IMG/VR virus record: IMGVR_UViG_3300045988_076131
Coordinates: 10,380-74,379 of that record
Source of the DNA: a virus
DNA: 64,000 bases
Reading direction: 5' to 3' (one strand)
Shown: one piece after another, positions 9,179-16,567 of the stretch
Layout: each line of letters starts with the position of its first letter
Position numbering within the stretch: the first letter of the stretch is position 1
The notes under the pieces: generated by a model
The model's input: only the letters and a program-made list of their open reading frames with translations
The model's database searches: none
Told to the model about the DNA's origin: nothing
Translations under genes and position numbers: made by a program

Positions 9179-9586
9179 TTATTTGCCTTGCAACGTAAAT
9201 GCCCGACCGTACAGCAGCATCGTAAGAATAATCAGCGTGTAGTCCGCAATCCGTGTCGTTTCTGAAATGCACAGCGTGCCGTGCCCAAGCCTTATCAGAA
9301 TAACTCCTGCAAGATACAGGAACGGTATTCGCCACACCCAGCTGAATTTGAAAAGAAAGCTTGCCGGCAGTAAAACGGAGGGCAGCACGATATACGCAAG
9401 TGCATATAATGACACAACCAAAACGGCGTTCTCGTTCAGATCTAAACCCATTGACGCTGCGTTATGGTGAAACCAATACACGCCGGACCAGTGTAAAACC
9501 ATAAGGAGTATAGGTATCGCTCTTATGCCGATTCTGTAAAACCAAAACAGCTTTTCGGCAAGCGTATTTGTCTGTATTGTTTTCAT
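9179..9586 (-). CDS. membrane protein, paralog of 13171..13734
   Basis: Multi-TM. ASFLFKFSWVWRIPFLYLAGV aligns with ASRFFWLCWKYRIPFFYFFAV of the paralog. Confidence 0.6.
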   Translation of the reverse strand: MKTIQTNTLAEKLFWFYRIGIRAIPILLMVLHWSGVYWFHHNAASMGLDLNENAVLVVSLYALAYIVLPSVLLPASFLFKFSWVWRIPFLYLAGVILIRLGHGTLCISETTRIADYTLIILTMLLYGRAFTLQGK

Positions 9587-9596
9587 ACCGCTAAAT

Positions 9597-9977
9597 TTAT
9601 GTTAGTTTCTTGAATATCCGTTCGCACAGCTCTCCCATGATGTAGCAAGCCTGCTCACCGCTCATGTCAATATCATACGCTTCGCAGATATGTGCGGTAA
9701 CGTGCAACAGTTCGTGACCGATTGTGTTAACCATCTCGCTTTCTTCTTCTGAGTGTCCGATAGTAACCACGCTCACCTTGTCCTTGACGTTGGAGTAGGT
9801 GAGTCCTCTGCTTTCGCCACCGCTTATGAAGTGACGGTAGGCTTTGCTTGTCGCTTCGCTGCCACACCCAATAGTCATAAGCTCGCTACAGAGATGCACC
9901 GCGTCGCCACTGCCATATCCGATGAAGCAACGCACTTCCCAGTCGTACTTGTCGAGCCTTATGTCACGCCTAATCAT
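9597..9977 (-). CDS. small HExxH metallopeptidase-like protein
   Basis: Contains IGHELLHVTAHICE...GEQACYIMGELC. Start at 9977 gives an ATGA overlap with the upstream stop. Confidence 0.55.
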   Translation of the reverse strand: MIRRDIRLDKYDWEVRCFIGYGSGDAVHLCSELMTIGCGSEATSKAYRHFISGGESRGLTYSNVKDKVSVVTIGHSEEESEMVNTIGHELLHVTAHICEAYDIDMSGEQACYIMGELCERIFKKLT

Positions 9978-10402
9978 AACAAGTCCTCCCAAGGTATAGG
10001 CATACCGTTGTGGCAGCAGTCGGCATAGAAGCGGTTGAAGATGAAGCCGTCTTTCTGATCTGTGTCATCAACCACATCTTTCACATAATGCGCCATTTGC
10101 TGCTCGTCCTTTATCGACTTGCCCCAAAAGTCAGCTCTGCACATATTGGCTACATACACGTGGTCGTAGCCGACGAGATTTTCAAGCTGCAAGCCGTTCG
10201 TTTGCAACATCTCCTCGACCTTCTCTTTCGGTAGCATCTCCAAACGTTCTTCCTTGCCAGTAGCAGGGTTAATCGTTCGCATTTGCTTGACAGCCCACTC
10301 GCACATCTTCTTGTTGAAGTGATAGCCGTTGTATCTTAAATAAGCTATCATTCCTTCGGGTTTCAAGTCGTACATATCCAAAGGCATCTTACATCTTCCC
10401 AT
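9974..10402 (-). CDS. hypothetical protein
   Basis: 142-codon ORF. Confidence 0.6.
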   Translation of the reverse strand: MGRCKMPLDMYDLKPEGMIAYLRYNGYHFNKKMCEWAVKQMRTINPATGKEERLEMLPKEKVEEMLQTNGLQLENLVGYDHVYVANMCRADFWGKSIKDEQQMAHYVKDVVDDTDQKDGFIFNRFYADCCHNGMPIPWEDLL

Positions 10403-10463
10403 AATATTTAGGTTTTAAAAGACTGGCAGGGAAGCGAACCTCCCCACCAGTCGGGTTAATTAC

Positions 10464-10730
10464 TTAGTAGCGTCTGCGACCTCGATAACCACCGCGTCGT
10501 TCTCCGTAGCGACCATCGTCGTCATCATCGTACATATCGCGCTCACGGCGTTCGTTCTCGTATCGCCAATCGTCGCGGTAATCGGGCATAGGTGAACGCT
10601 CGCCGTATCGACCTTCGCCACGCTGCAAGCTGTCAAGACACGCCATTGCCTTGCCGCCATAGCGCAAGCATTTCTCCACGTTCTCGACAAGCTCACCCAT
10701 CTTGTTCTCTGTGATTTCTATCATGTACAT
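10464..10730 (-). CDS. hypothetical protein with Arg/Gly/Asp/Tyr-rich disordered tail
   Basis: C-terminus is RGEGRYGERSPMPDYRDDWRYENERRERDMYDDDDDGRYGERRGGYRGRRRY. Confidence 0.5.
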   Translation of the reverse strand: MYMIEITENKMGELVENVEKCLRYGGKAMACLDSLQRGEGRYGERSPMPDYRDDWRYENERRERDMYDDDDDGRYGERRGGYRGRRRY

Positions 10731-10742
10731 AGCTCTTGCATT

Positions 10743-11261
10743 TTAGTTATTGCTGTTTGACTTTTTCAGTGCCTTTTGCAACATGCTTTCTATGTTTGAC
10801 AAAGTACCCTCCATGCCGCAGACCTTGGTTTCGAGCTGAGATATTTTCTGCTCCTGCTCCTTGTCTTTAGCTATCTGAGGATTGAGAACACACATTATCT
10901 TCTCGCAGTTGCACACCACCTTTTCGTGATAGTCCTTGCTTGCAAGCACCTCCTGCGAGTGTCGTAACATCGCTTCCACTTCGGCAATCATCGCTTCGCG
11001 ACTTTCGCTTACTACCACATCGCCCGAGTTGGCAATCTGTCCGTTTGAAGGCAGTTGCTTGAACTCTGCTTCGCCGTCGGGCAACTTTACTTTCACATCT
11101 ACAACCGTTTCCATAGGCTGCGCTGTAAACTGCCCTGGTTGATAGGTAGGGAACTTCGGCTGAGGATTACTTACGCTTACCACCTGTCCGATTTTCAATG
11201 TCGGCTCTTCGCCTTTTTCAAGCACATAGAATATGCTGTTTGTTCTTAGTCCACTGAACAT
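10743..11261 (-). CDS. hypothetical protein
   Basis: 172-codon ORF with a coiled-coil-like C-terminus. Confidence 0.6.
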   Translation of the reverse strand: MFSGLRTNSIFYVLEKGEEPTLKIGQVVSVSNPQPKFPTYQPGQFTAQPMETVVDVKVKLPDGEAEFKQLPSNGQIANSGDVVVSESREAMIAEVEAMLRHSQEVLASKDYHEKVVCNCEKIMCVLNPQIAKDKEQEQKISQLETKVCGMEGTLSNIESMLQKALKKSNSNN

Positions 11262-11283
11262 AATACAATTCGCAATTTAGTTG

Positions 11284-11628
11284 TTAAACAATACCCGTCA
11301 TTAGCTGAAGGGTGTTAGTATCTCTCTCGAACCAGAGCTGGTATACACCGGTCCCGGCTACATCAGCAACCGTAAGAGCCGCACCTCCAAACTTGGTGAC
11401 AGCCTGTGTTGCGCCGTTGGTCTCAAAGAGTATCGGCAGCGTGGTCGTTGTGCCCGTCGGTATCGCCTGTCGCAGATTTACGAATACCGTACCTCTGTAG
11501 TTGGCGTTCAAGAAGGCATGGTTTCTGAATGAGAATACCACACCGTTTGCACCCACCGACACACCGGTAGAACCGATAGCTGCCGAACCTCTTCTGTTGA
11601 CCCATGAATAAGGATTACCCCAAATCAT
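11284..11628 (-). CDS. hypothetical protein (beta-rich)
   Basis: 114-codon ORF. Confidence 0.6.
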   Translation of the reverse strand: MIWGNPYSWVNRRGSAAIGSTGVSVGANGVVFSFRNHAFLNANYRGTVFVNLRQAIPTGTTTTLPILFETNGATQAVTKFGGAALTVADVAGTGVYQLWFERDTNTLQLMTGIV

Positions 11629-11650
11629 AGTCGTTCCTCCAGTTAGATGG

Positions 11651-12586
11651 TTAGCCCCAAAAGCCGTTAGCTCCGTTGACTCCGTAAAGTCCGTATTGTG
11701 CTGCTACGCAGTTTGGGACAGCAACGAACGGCTGGTAAGGTACAGTCGCCGTCTCGGGCATCTTGCACTTGATACCTGCAACCTCCTGCTGCAAGCCTGC
11801 CAACACCGCATTGATAGGAGCGACCGCCTGACCTACAATCTGACTTGTCATAGCCGACGACTTAAACGTTGAGTTCTCCTCGCGCAGAGCGTCAATCTTA
11901 TTCTGCATTTCGCGCATTTCGGCTTGCTTCTGACCGTTGACAATGGTCTGTGTGCTGTCCTTGATGGCGTTATGCAAGTCGCAGGTCTGTCTCTGTGTCT
12001 CATAAGCGACATTTGAGAAACCGCGTTCCTGACCGACAGCTACGTTGTTGATGGCGTTCTGCAAGGTGTTGGTCTGCTGGCATGTGGCAAGTCTGTTCTC
12101 GCAGCAACAAGAAGCGAGCTGCTGTGCAATCTGCATATTGCCTTGCTGGAGAGCGTTGATAACTTGCATACCGCTCATGCCGACCTGATTGCCCACACCC
12201 TGAACCTGTGAGGTAAGAGCCGAGATAGCCGCCTGTATCTGACCTTCGGTGCAGTTAAGCTGCGTAGCGAGGTTGCTTAGAGCGTTTCTGTTTCCACCGA
12301 TGGCATCCATGAGGAGCGAGCGACCGTAGTCATTGTTGATTTCATTAGCAATACCGCCTGCGCGACCATTGCCGAAACCACCCCAACCATTACCGCCCCA
12401 ACCCATGAGGAAGAAAAGGAAAATTACCCACATGAAGCCGTCGCCCCAACCATTGCCGTTCTTGTTCATGGCAAGGAGGAGATTAGGGTCAAGACCTCTC
12501 TGCTGAAGCAGAGGAGCGAGCAAACTCATCATGCCGCCCTGTCCGCCACCTTCATTGCCGAATACATAAGTTTTTGACTCAGACAT
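11651..12586 (-). CDS. Gly/Trp-rich membrane-anchored, Gln/Asn-rich protein
   Basis: Contains NGNGWGDGFMWVIFLFFLMGWGGNGWGGFGNGRAGG, then Q/N-rich helical repeats with a CCC motif. Confidence 0.65.
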   Translation of the reverse strand: MSESKTYVFGNEGGGQGGMMSLLAPLLQQRGLDPNLLLAMNKNGNGWGDGFMWVIFLFFLMGWGGNGWGGFGNGRAGGIANEINNDYGRSLLMDAIGGNRNALSNLATQLNCTEGQIQAAISALTSQVQGVGNQVGMSGMQVINALQQGNMQIAQQLASCCCENRLATCQQTNTLQNAINNVAVGQERGFSNVAYETQRQTCDLHNAIKDSTQTIVNGQKQAEMREMQNKIDALREENSTFKSSAMTSQIVGQAVAPINAVLAGLQQEVAGIKCKMPETATVPYQPFVAVPNCVAAQYGLYGVNGANGFWG

Positions 12587-12647
12587 AATACAATCTTTTT
12601 TAAAAATTTTACCTTAGTTGACTAAACACTATTGTAACGTTACACCG

Positions 12648-12655
12648 CAAAGTTA
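12648..12655 (-). promoter_or_regulatory. candidate -7 box (TAACTTTG on the minus strand) for operon 12586->9179
   Basis: Plus-strand CAAAGTTA matches TAnnTTTG, about 60 nt upstream of the ATG at 12586. No good -33 element. Confidence 0.35.
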
Positions 12656-12793
12656 GCGAGTTGTGACGGATAATGCCATAACACGCTCAAAGATTTTATA
12701 TTATGCTGATAATCAGATATATAAGGTGATAGTCGGTACTATCACATCGCAAAACGTTCTTTCCAATGTTTAAAGAATTGGAAAGAATTGAAA

Positions 12794-12829
12794 ACAAAAA
12801 AAAGAGAAGCCTCTTTACTTGCTTCTCTT
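12794..12829 (-). terminator. Rho-independent terminator of the 13734->12815 two-gene unit
   Basis: 9-bp stem aagagaagc (12802-12810) / gcttctctt (12821-12829), with a U-run on the minus strand (plus-strand A8 at 12794-12801). Confidence 0.6.
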
Positions 12830-13159
12830 CTGTTTTATAAAGTGGAGAATATCCCACTTCTTCCAGTATCGTGTGTGTCCGCGCTTCTTGCACTCGCCGT
12901 TCGGTATCTCGCCGCGCTTTACCATTCTGTTGAGCGTTGCATCGCTAACGCAAAGTTTGTCCTTTACTTCCTCTGCGCTCATCATCGGGTTGAGCATATT
13001 AGGAAGTATGTCCTGGCAGAGTGTTTCTATATCGTCGTCACTCATACCGCAAGCCGTCACTTTCTCGCCGTTGCGCTGCTGCTCGTCCGCCTTAAAGCAC
13101 GAATTGGCAAGCGATTGCAACAACGTGCCGAGCATTTTGTAACCGAAAATCTTTCTCAT
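12815..13159 (-). CDS. helix-turn-helix DNA-binding protein (excisionase/MerR-like HTH_17 type)
   Basis: Contains KDKLCVSDATLNRMVKRGEIPNGECKKRGHTRYWKKWDILHFI. Confidence 0.6.
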   Translation of the reverse strand: MRKIFGYKMLGTLLQSLANSCFKADEQQRNGEKVTACGMSDDDIETLCQDILPNMLNPMMSAEEVKDKLCVSDATLNRMVKRGEIPNGECKKRGHTRYWKKWDILHFIKQKRSK

Positions 13160-13170
13160 AGCATTTCTTT

Positions 13171-13734
13171 TTAACTGAACATCTTTTTGCCAAGGCTTGA
13201 CTTGCTACAGAACCAGTCAATAGCTCCATAGACATACAGCAACAACGTAAACGCCATGATTGCAAAATGCGCCATTATCATCTCTTTGGTGGTGTACCAA
13301 CTCCAATATACAAGATGTATCGAGTTGACAGCAAAGAAGTAGAAGAACGGTATGCGATACTTCCAGCATAGCCAAAAGAAGCGTGACGCAAGAATAATAA
13401 CCATCGGCAGTATATAGACCATGACATAGATGAACGCATAGCACGCCCAGTTCGCCTCGTGTACCACAAACATCTCCTTCGGATTGCGGCTAAAATCGAA
13501 CATGCCGTACATGTGCGTTAGCATTATAAAAAACGGAACCCACTTGCAGAACCAACGGAAGAACCGCAGTATTCTGCGTGAATACTGATTGCCGGACTCT
13601 GCCAGCAAAGACATAATCTCCGATATGTCCTTACCCTTCACAAGAGCAAGAAACATCCTTTTATCATCATCGTTCATAGTGATTTTTTTGGTTTGACGTA
13701 ATTGTCTGTTAGTTTCTTGGTGCAAGTTAGTCAT
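13171..13734 (-). CDS. membrane protein, paralog of 9179..9586
   Basis: Multi-TM with a shared WKYRIPFFYF core. Carries an extra ~50-aa N-terminal extension. Confidence 0.6.
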   Translation of the reverse strand: MTNLHQETNRQLRQTKKITMNDDDKRMFLALVKGKDISEIMSLLAESGNQYSRRILRFFRWFCKWVPFFIMLTHMYGMFDFSRNPKEMFVVHEANWACYAFIYVMVYILPMVIILASRFFWLCWKYRIPFFYFFAVNSIHLVYWSWYTTKEMIMAHFAIMAFTLLLYVYGAIDWFCSKSSLGKKMFS

Positions 13735-13914
13735 TTTTTCTCAAAGTTGTATACACTGTTATTTATATTTATATTTATTTAAACACCGTAAAAACCGCAA
13801 ATCTTTAGTTCATGGGTAGTTCACTTAAACTCCTTGCCTATCCATCACGGACAGGCAAGGCTCCTGAAAACAAATCACCTTAAACTAAAAACTAACAACT
13901 AACCAATCTATATA

Positions 13915-14598
13915 TTATCTCTTTCTGTGTATCAGCCAAAGCAGCAGTGATATAGCGAATAACACCACCGCTCCGACCACTATCTTTCCTACGAACATCT
14001 GCGTCCGCTCCCACCATGTCGCCTTACGCTCAACTGGCACCGGCACTGGAATTGAGTCCGCTCGCAGGATAGACTTGTATATTGTGTCCGTCTTAACGCT
14101 CACCCTGTCACGCCATTTGTACACATTCTTTGTCTTATATATTGTATCTCCTATCATGTAGCTCTCGACATAGATAGAATCATGTACGCGGAACGTATCG
14201 GCTTTGTAGTTGGTCTTATACAACGTGTCCGTCTTGTTGATTACCCGTTCAAGCACAACCGGCTTCGGAGTCGTGCAGCTTGTCATAACAAGCAGGATCA
14301 AGTGCAGCATAGAACCAACGATGATAGTGAAGCCGTAGCGGCAAATATCATCCCATTCGATACTCGGTAGTTTGTAACGCTTCCATTGATACACCTCGCG
14401 CAGCACCATTACGGGCAGCGCGAGCGCTCCCACGAATATAGATGCGATAAACCATCCGATAGCACCTTGTCGGTTTCGCTTATTCTCGTCGTAGTCTTCA
14501 TCGACCACATCGTGCTTATCTGCCTTGTAGAAAAAAAAGAGCGTTATCGCTCCCAATACGATGCAGTTCAGCAGCATCAGTATTTCTCTTATATCCAT
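13915..14598 (-). CDS. lysis-associated membrane protein with an internal lipobox-like segment and a C-terminal TM
   Basis: Two N-terminal TM segments, MLHLILLVMTSC at residues 97-108, DT(I/L)YK repeats, and a C-terminal TM followed by HRKR. Confidence 0.6.
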   Translation of the reverse strand: MDIREILMLLNCIVLGAITLFFFYKADKHDVVDEDYDENKRNRQGAIGWFIASIFVGALALPVMVLREVYQWKRYKLPSIEWDDICRYGFTIIVGSMLHLILLVMTSCTTPKPVVLERVINKTDTLYKTNYKADTFRVHDSIYVESYMIGDTIYKTKNVYKWRDRVSVKTDTIYKSILRADSIPVPVPVERKATWWERTQMFVGKIVVGAVVLFAISLLLWLIHRKR

Positions 14599-14619
14599 AC
14601 GCTTTTACTTTTGACATTA

Positions 14620-15009
14620 TTAATCAGTTTCTTCTCTCCCATAATCACGAGGCGGTTTGCGCTTCATACATCCGTTCACGGTACACTCATTCCATTGCAG
14701 CTCGTGCATTTTCATAAGGAGCGTGTTCTTCTCGTCTTTGAGCTGACGGATGGTTGTTCGCTGCTTGCCAATGTCGTCGTAGAGCGAGTCAATTTTTTTG
14801 TTTAGTCGGTCGCGCTCCTCTATGTGCTCCTCATGCTCATGGTCGTAAAGGTTGTGCCACTCCTGGGCGTAAGCGAGGGCGTTAGCGTCCTCCACCTTTT
14901 GTGCTTCAGCTGCCTCTTTGCGCTTCCGCGAGTTGTAGTAGAGCAGCTGCCCCACGATGCCGCCGCTAACAAGCAGCGAAAGTATCTGTAAAACCATATC
15001 CATCTGCAC
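14620..15009 (-). CDS. i-spanin-like protein (N-terminal TM plus coiled coil)
   Basis: MVLQILSLLVSGGIVGQLLYY followed by a charged helical region. Lies directly downstream of the lysin-like gene. Confidence 0.5.
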   Translation of the reverse strand: MQMDMVLQILSLLVSGGIVGQLLYYNSRKRKEAAEAQKVEDANALAYAQEWHNLYDHEHEEHIEERDRLNKKIDSLYDDIGKQRTTIRQLKDEKNTLLMKMHELQWNECTVNGCMKRKPPRDYGREETD

Positions 15010-15013
15010 CTCC

Positions 15014-15475
15014 TTACTCTATTGTTATCCAAATCTGCTCACACCGCTCGTCCGCAGCCTTCAGCATGGTGTACACTTTGCGGAACGTTGACGTTGAGTT
15101 CAGTACCTTGCCTTTCTCCTTATTCTCGCCGACAAGGATGCAGCCATCCGTGTCCTTCGCCGTGTTACCGATGTGTATCAGCACACCCTGGTAGCCGGGC
15201 GTGTTGCACAGTCGCGGCAGTCTCCCCTTGCAGAACTGGTACTGCGGTCTACCTCCGAAGCGTGGCGACACCGTCTTCATGTCGACGAGGTATCTGCCCG
15301 TCGGAATGGCGGTTTCGCCCTTGATTTTAACTCCGCATATCTGTGCAACCGACATATTAGATGTCAGTCCTCTGTCTTTGTCTTCGAGCGTGTCGCAGAC
15401 GTATGCGCCGTCAACGTACATCTTACCGATGGTGTACGCCTCCTTCCTTGCTATTCGTTTTACCTTGATTTCCAT
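15014..15475 (-). CDS. putative cell-wall hydrolase / endolysin-like protein (DUF5675-like)
   Basis: TIGKMYVDGAYVCDTLED ... GVLIHIGNTAKDTDGCILVG has His...Gly-Cys spacing reminiscent of YkuD-type active sites. Sits in the lysis cassette. Confidence 0.5.
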   Translation of the reverse strand: MEIKVKRIARKEAYTIGKMYVDGAYVCDTLEDKDRGLTSNMSVAQICGVKIKGETAIPTGRYLVDMKTVSPRFGGRPQYQFCKGRLPRLCNTPGYQGVLIHIGNTAKDTDGCILVGENKEKGKVLNSTSTFRKVYTMLKAADERCEQIWITIE

Positions 15476-15485
15476 GTTTATAGAT

Positions 15486-15938
15486 TTAAATGAATAATGT
15501 TGTTACGATGTTGAGTATCGCGCAGCACTCGACGACAAACAGCCAGTAGCGGCGCTTACAGATGCAGAGCACAGCAGCGAGTACAGCGAACAAAACAGTA
15601 GGCAGTGCGCTGATACTGCACGCCCATGCCACGCTTGCTATTGCCGACGTGATAGCTCCGCACTTGTGTATTGTGCGCTGGCTCTCGTCGAGGTACGCAG
15701 GAGCTGCGCCAACAAAGACAATGCCCACACAGGTAAGGTATGCCATCCACTCCAGTCCACCCTTTGAAAGCATGAGCGGCAGGAACGATACTCCGAGCGT
15801 CACCATGAGCGCAGGGAAGAGCCAGTCTTTATCCGTGAGGTAGTACACCTCCGAGAGCATGGTGGGCACTCGTCTTGCCACGCAGCAGCTAAAAACATAC
15901 AGCGCAAGAGCGAGGAGTATAATGATAGCTAATGTCAT
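15486..15938 (-). CDS. putative holin (4 TM membrane protein)
   Basis: 150 aa, four hydrophobic segments, immediately upstream of the lysin-like gene. Confidence 0.5.
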   Translation of the reverse strand: MTLAIIILLALALYVFSCCVARRVPTMLSEVYYLTDKDWLFPALMVTLGVSFLPLMLSKGGLEWMAYLTCVGIVFVGAAPAYLDESQRTIHKCGAITSAIASVAWACSISALPTVLFAVLAAVLCICKRRYWLFVVECCAILNIVTTLFI

Positions 15939-15942
15939 AATA

Positions 15943-16560
15943 TTACACCTCCATCTTTAGCTGTGCAGGATATCCTGCCGTGATGTCGAACTTCTCCACC
16001 TCCTCGATGCTCGTCAGCTCGCTCACTGCTACCTTGTGCGCTGCCGTCACGTTAAAGCACTCGTATGCGTAGTTCTCGATGCTACGCATGAGCATTTCAG
16101 CTTGTGCGCACGGCATCGTGAAAGACATGCCCTTCATCCATATTGAGATGTTTTCCTCGCCCAACGCTACCTTGTCGGCGATATTCTGTCGCAAGCCCAT
16201 GCGCTTATCGACGTTCGGAGATGAAGGGTCGTCTTTGCTCCACGGAATAAGCATACCGTTCAGGTAAAAGCCGTTGACAGCAGAAGATTTGTCGTAAGCG
16301 TCTATCTCTGCCAATAGCATCTCCTTCGCTTCTTCGAGTGTCTTGCCCTCGTACTTCTTTTTGTTCTCGGCTCTGAGGTAGTCGCTGTATGCAACCACCT
16401 CATAATCCTGCAACTCCGCGTCTTTGGCGCAGTATATCTCACTCGTATAAGTGTCACCGCCTTTAAGTATAAATCCCTTGTCTGCCGACACCTTCACGCA
16501 GCCGTTTTTCACCTCCGTAACGGTTACGTTGCCTTTCTTTTTCAGTTCTTCTATCTTCAT
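15943..16560 (-). CDS. tail-fibre-adjacent protein (DUF4376-like, possible fibre chaperone)
   Basis: Lies directly after the fibre gene; loose resemblance to DUF4376. Confidence 0.4.
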   Translation of the reverse strand: MKIEELKKKGNVTVTEVKNGCVKVSADKGFILKGGDTYTSEIYCAKDAELQDYEVVAYSDYLRAENKKKYEGKTLEEAKEMLLAEIDAYDKSSAVNGFYLNGMLIPWSKDDPSSPNVDKRMGLRQNIADKVALGEENISIWMKGMSFTMPCAQAEMLMRSIENYAYECFNVTAAHKVAVSELTSIEEVEKFDITAGYPAQLKMEV

Positions 16561-16567
16561 ATCTTTT

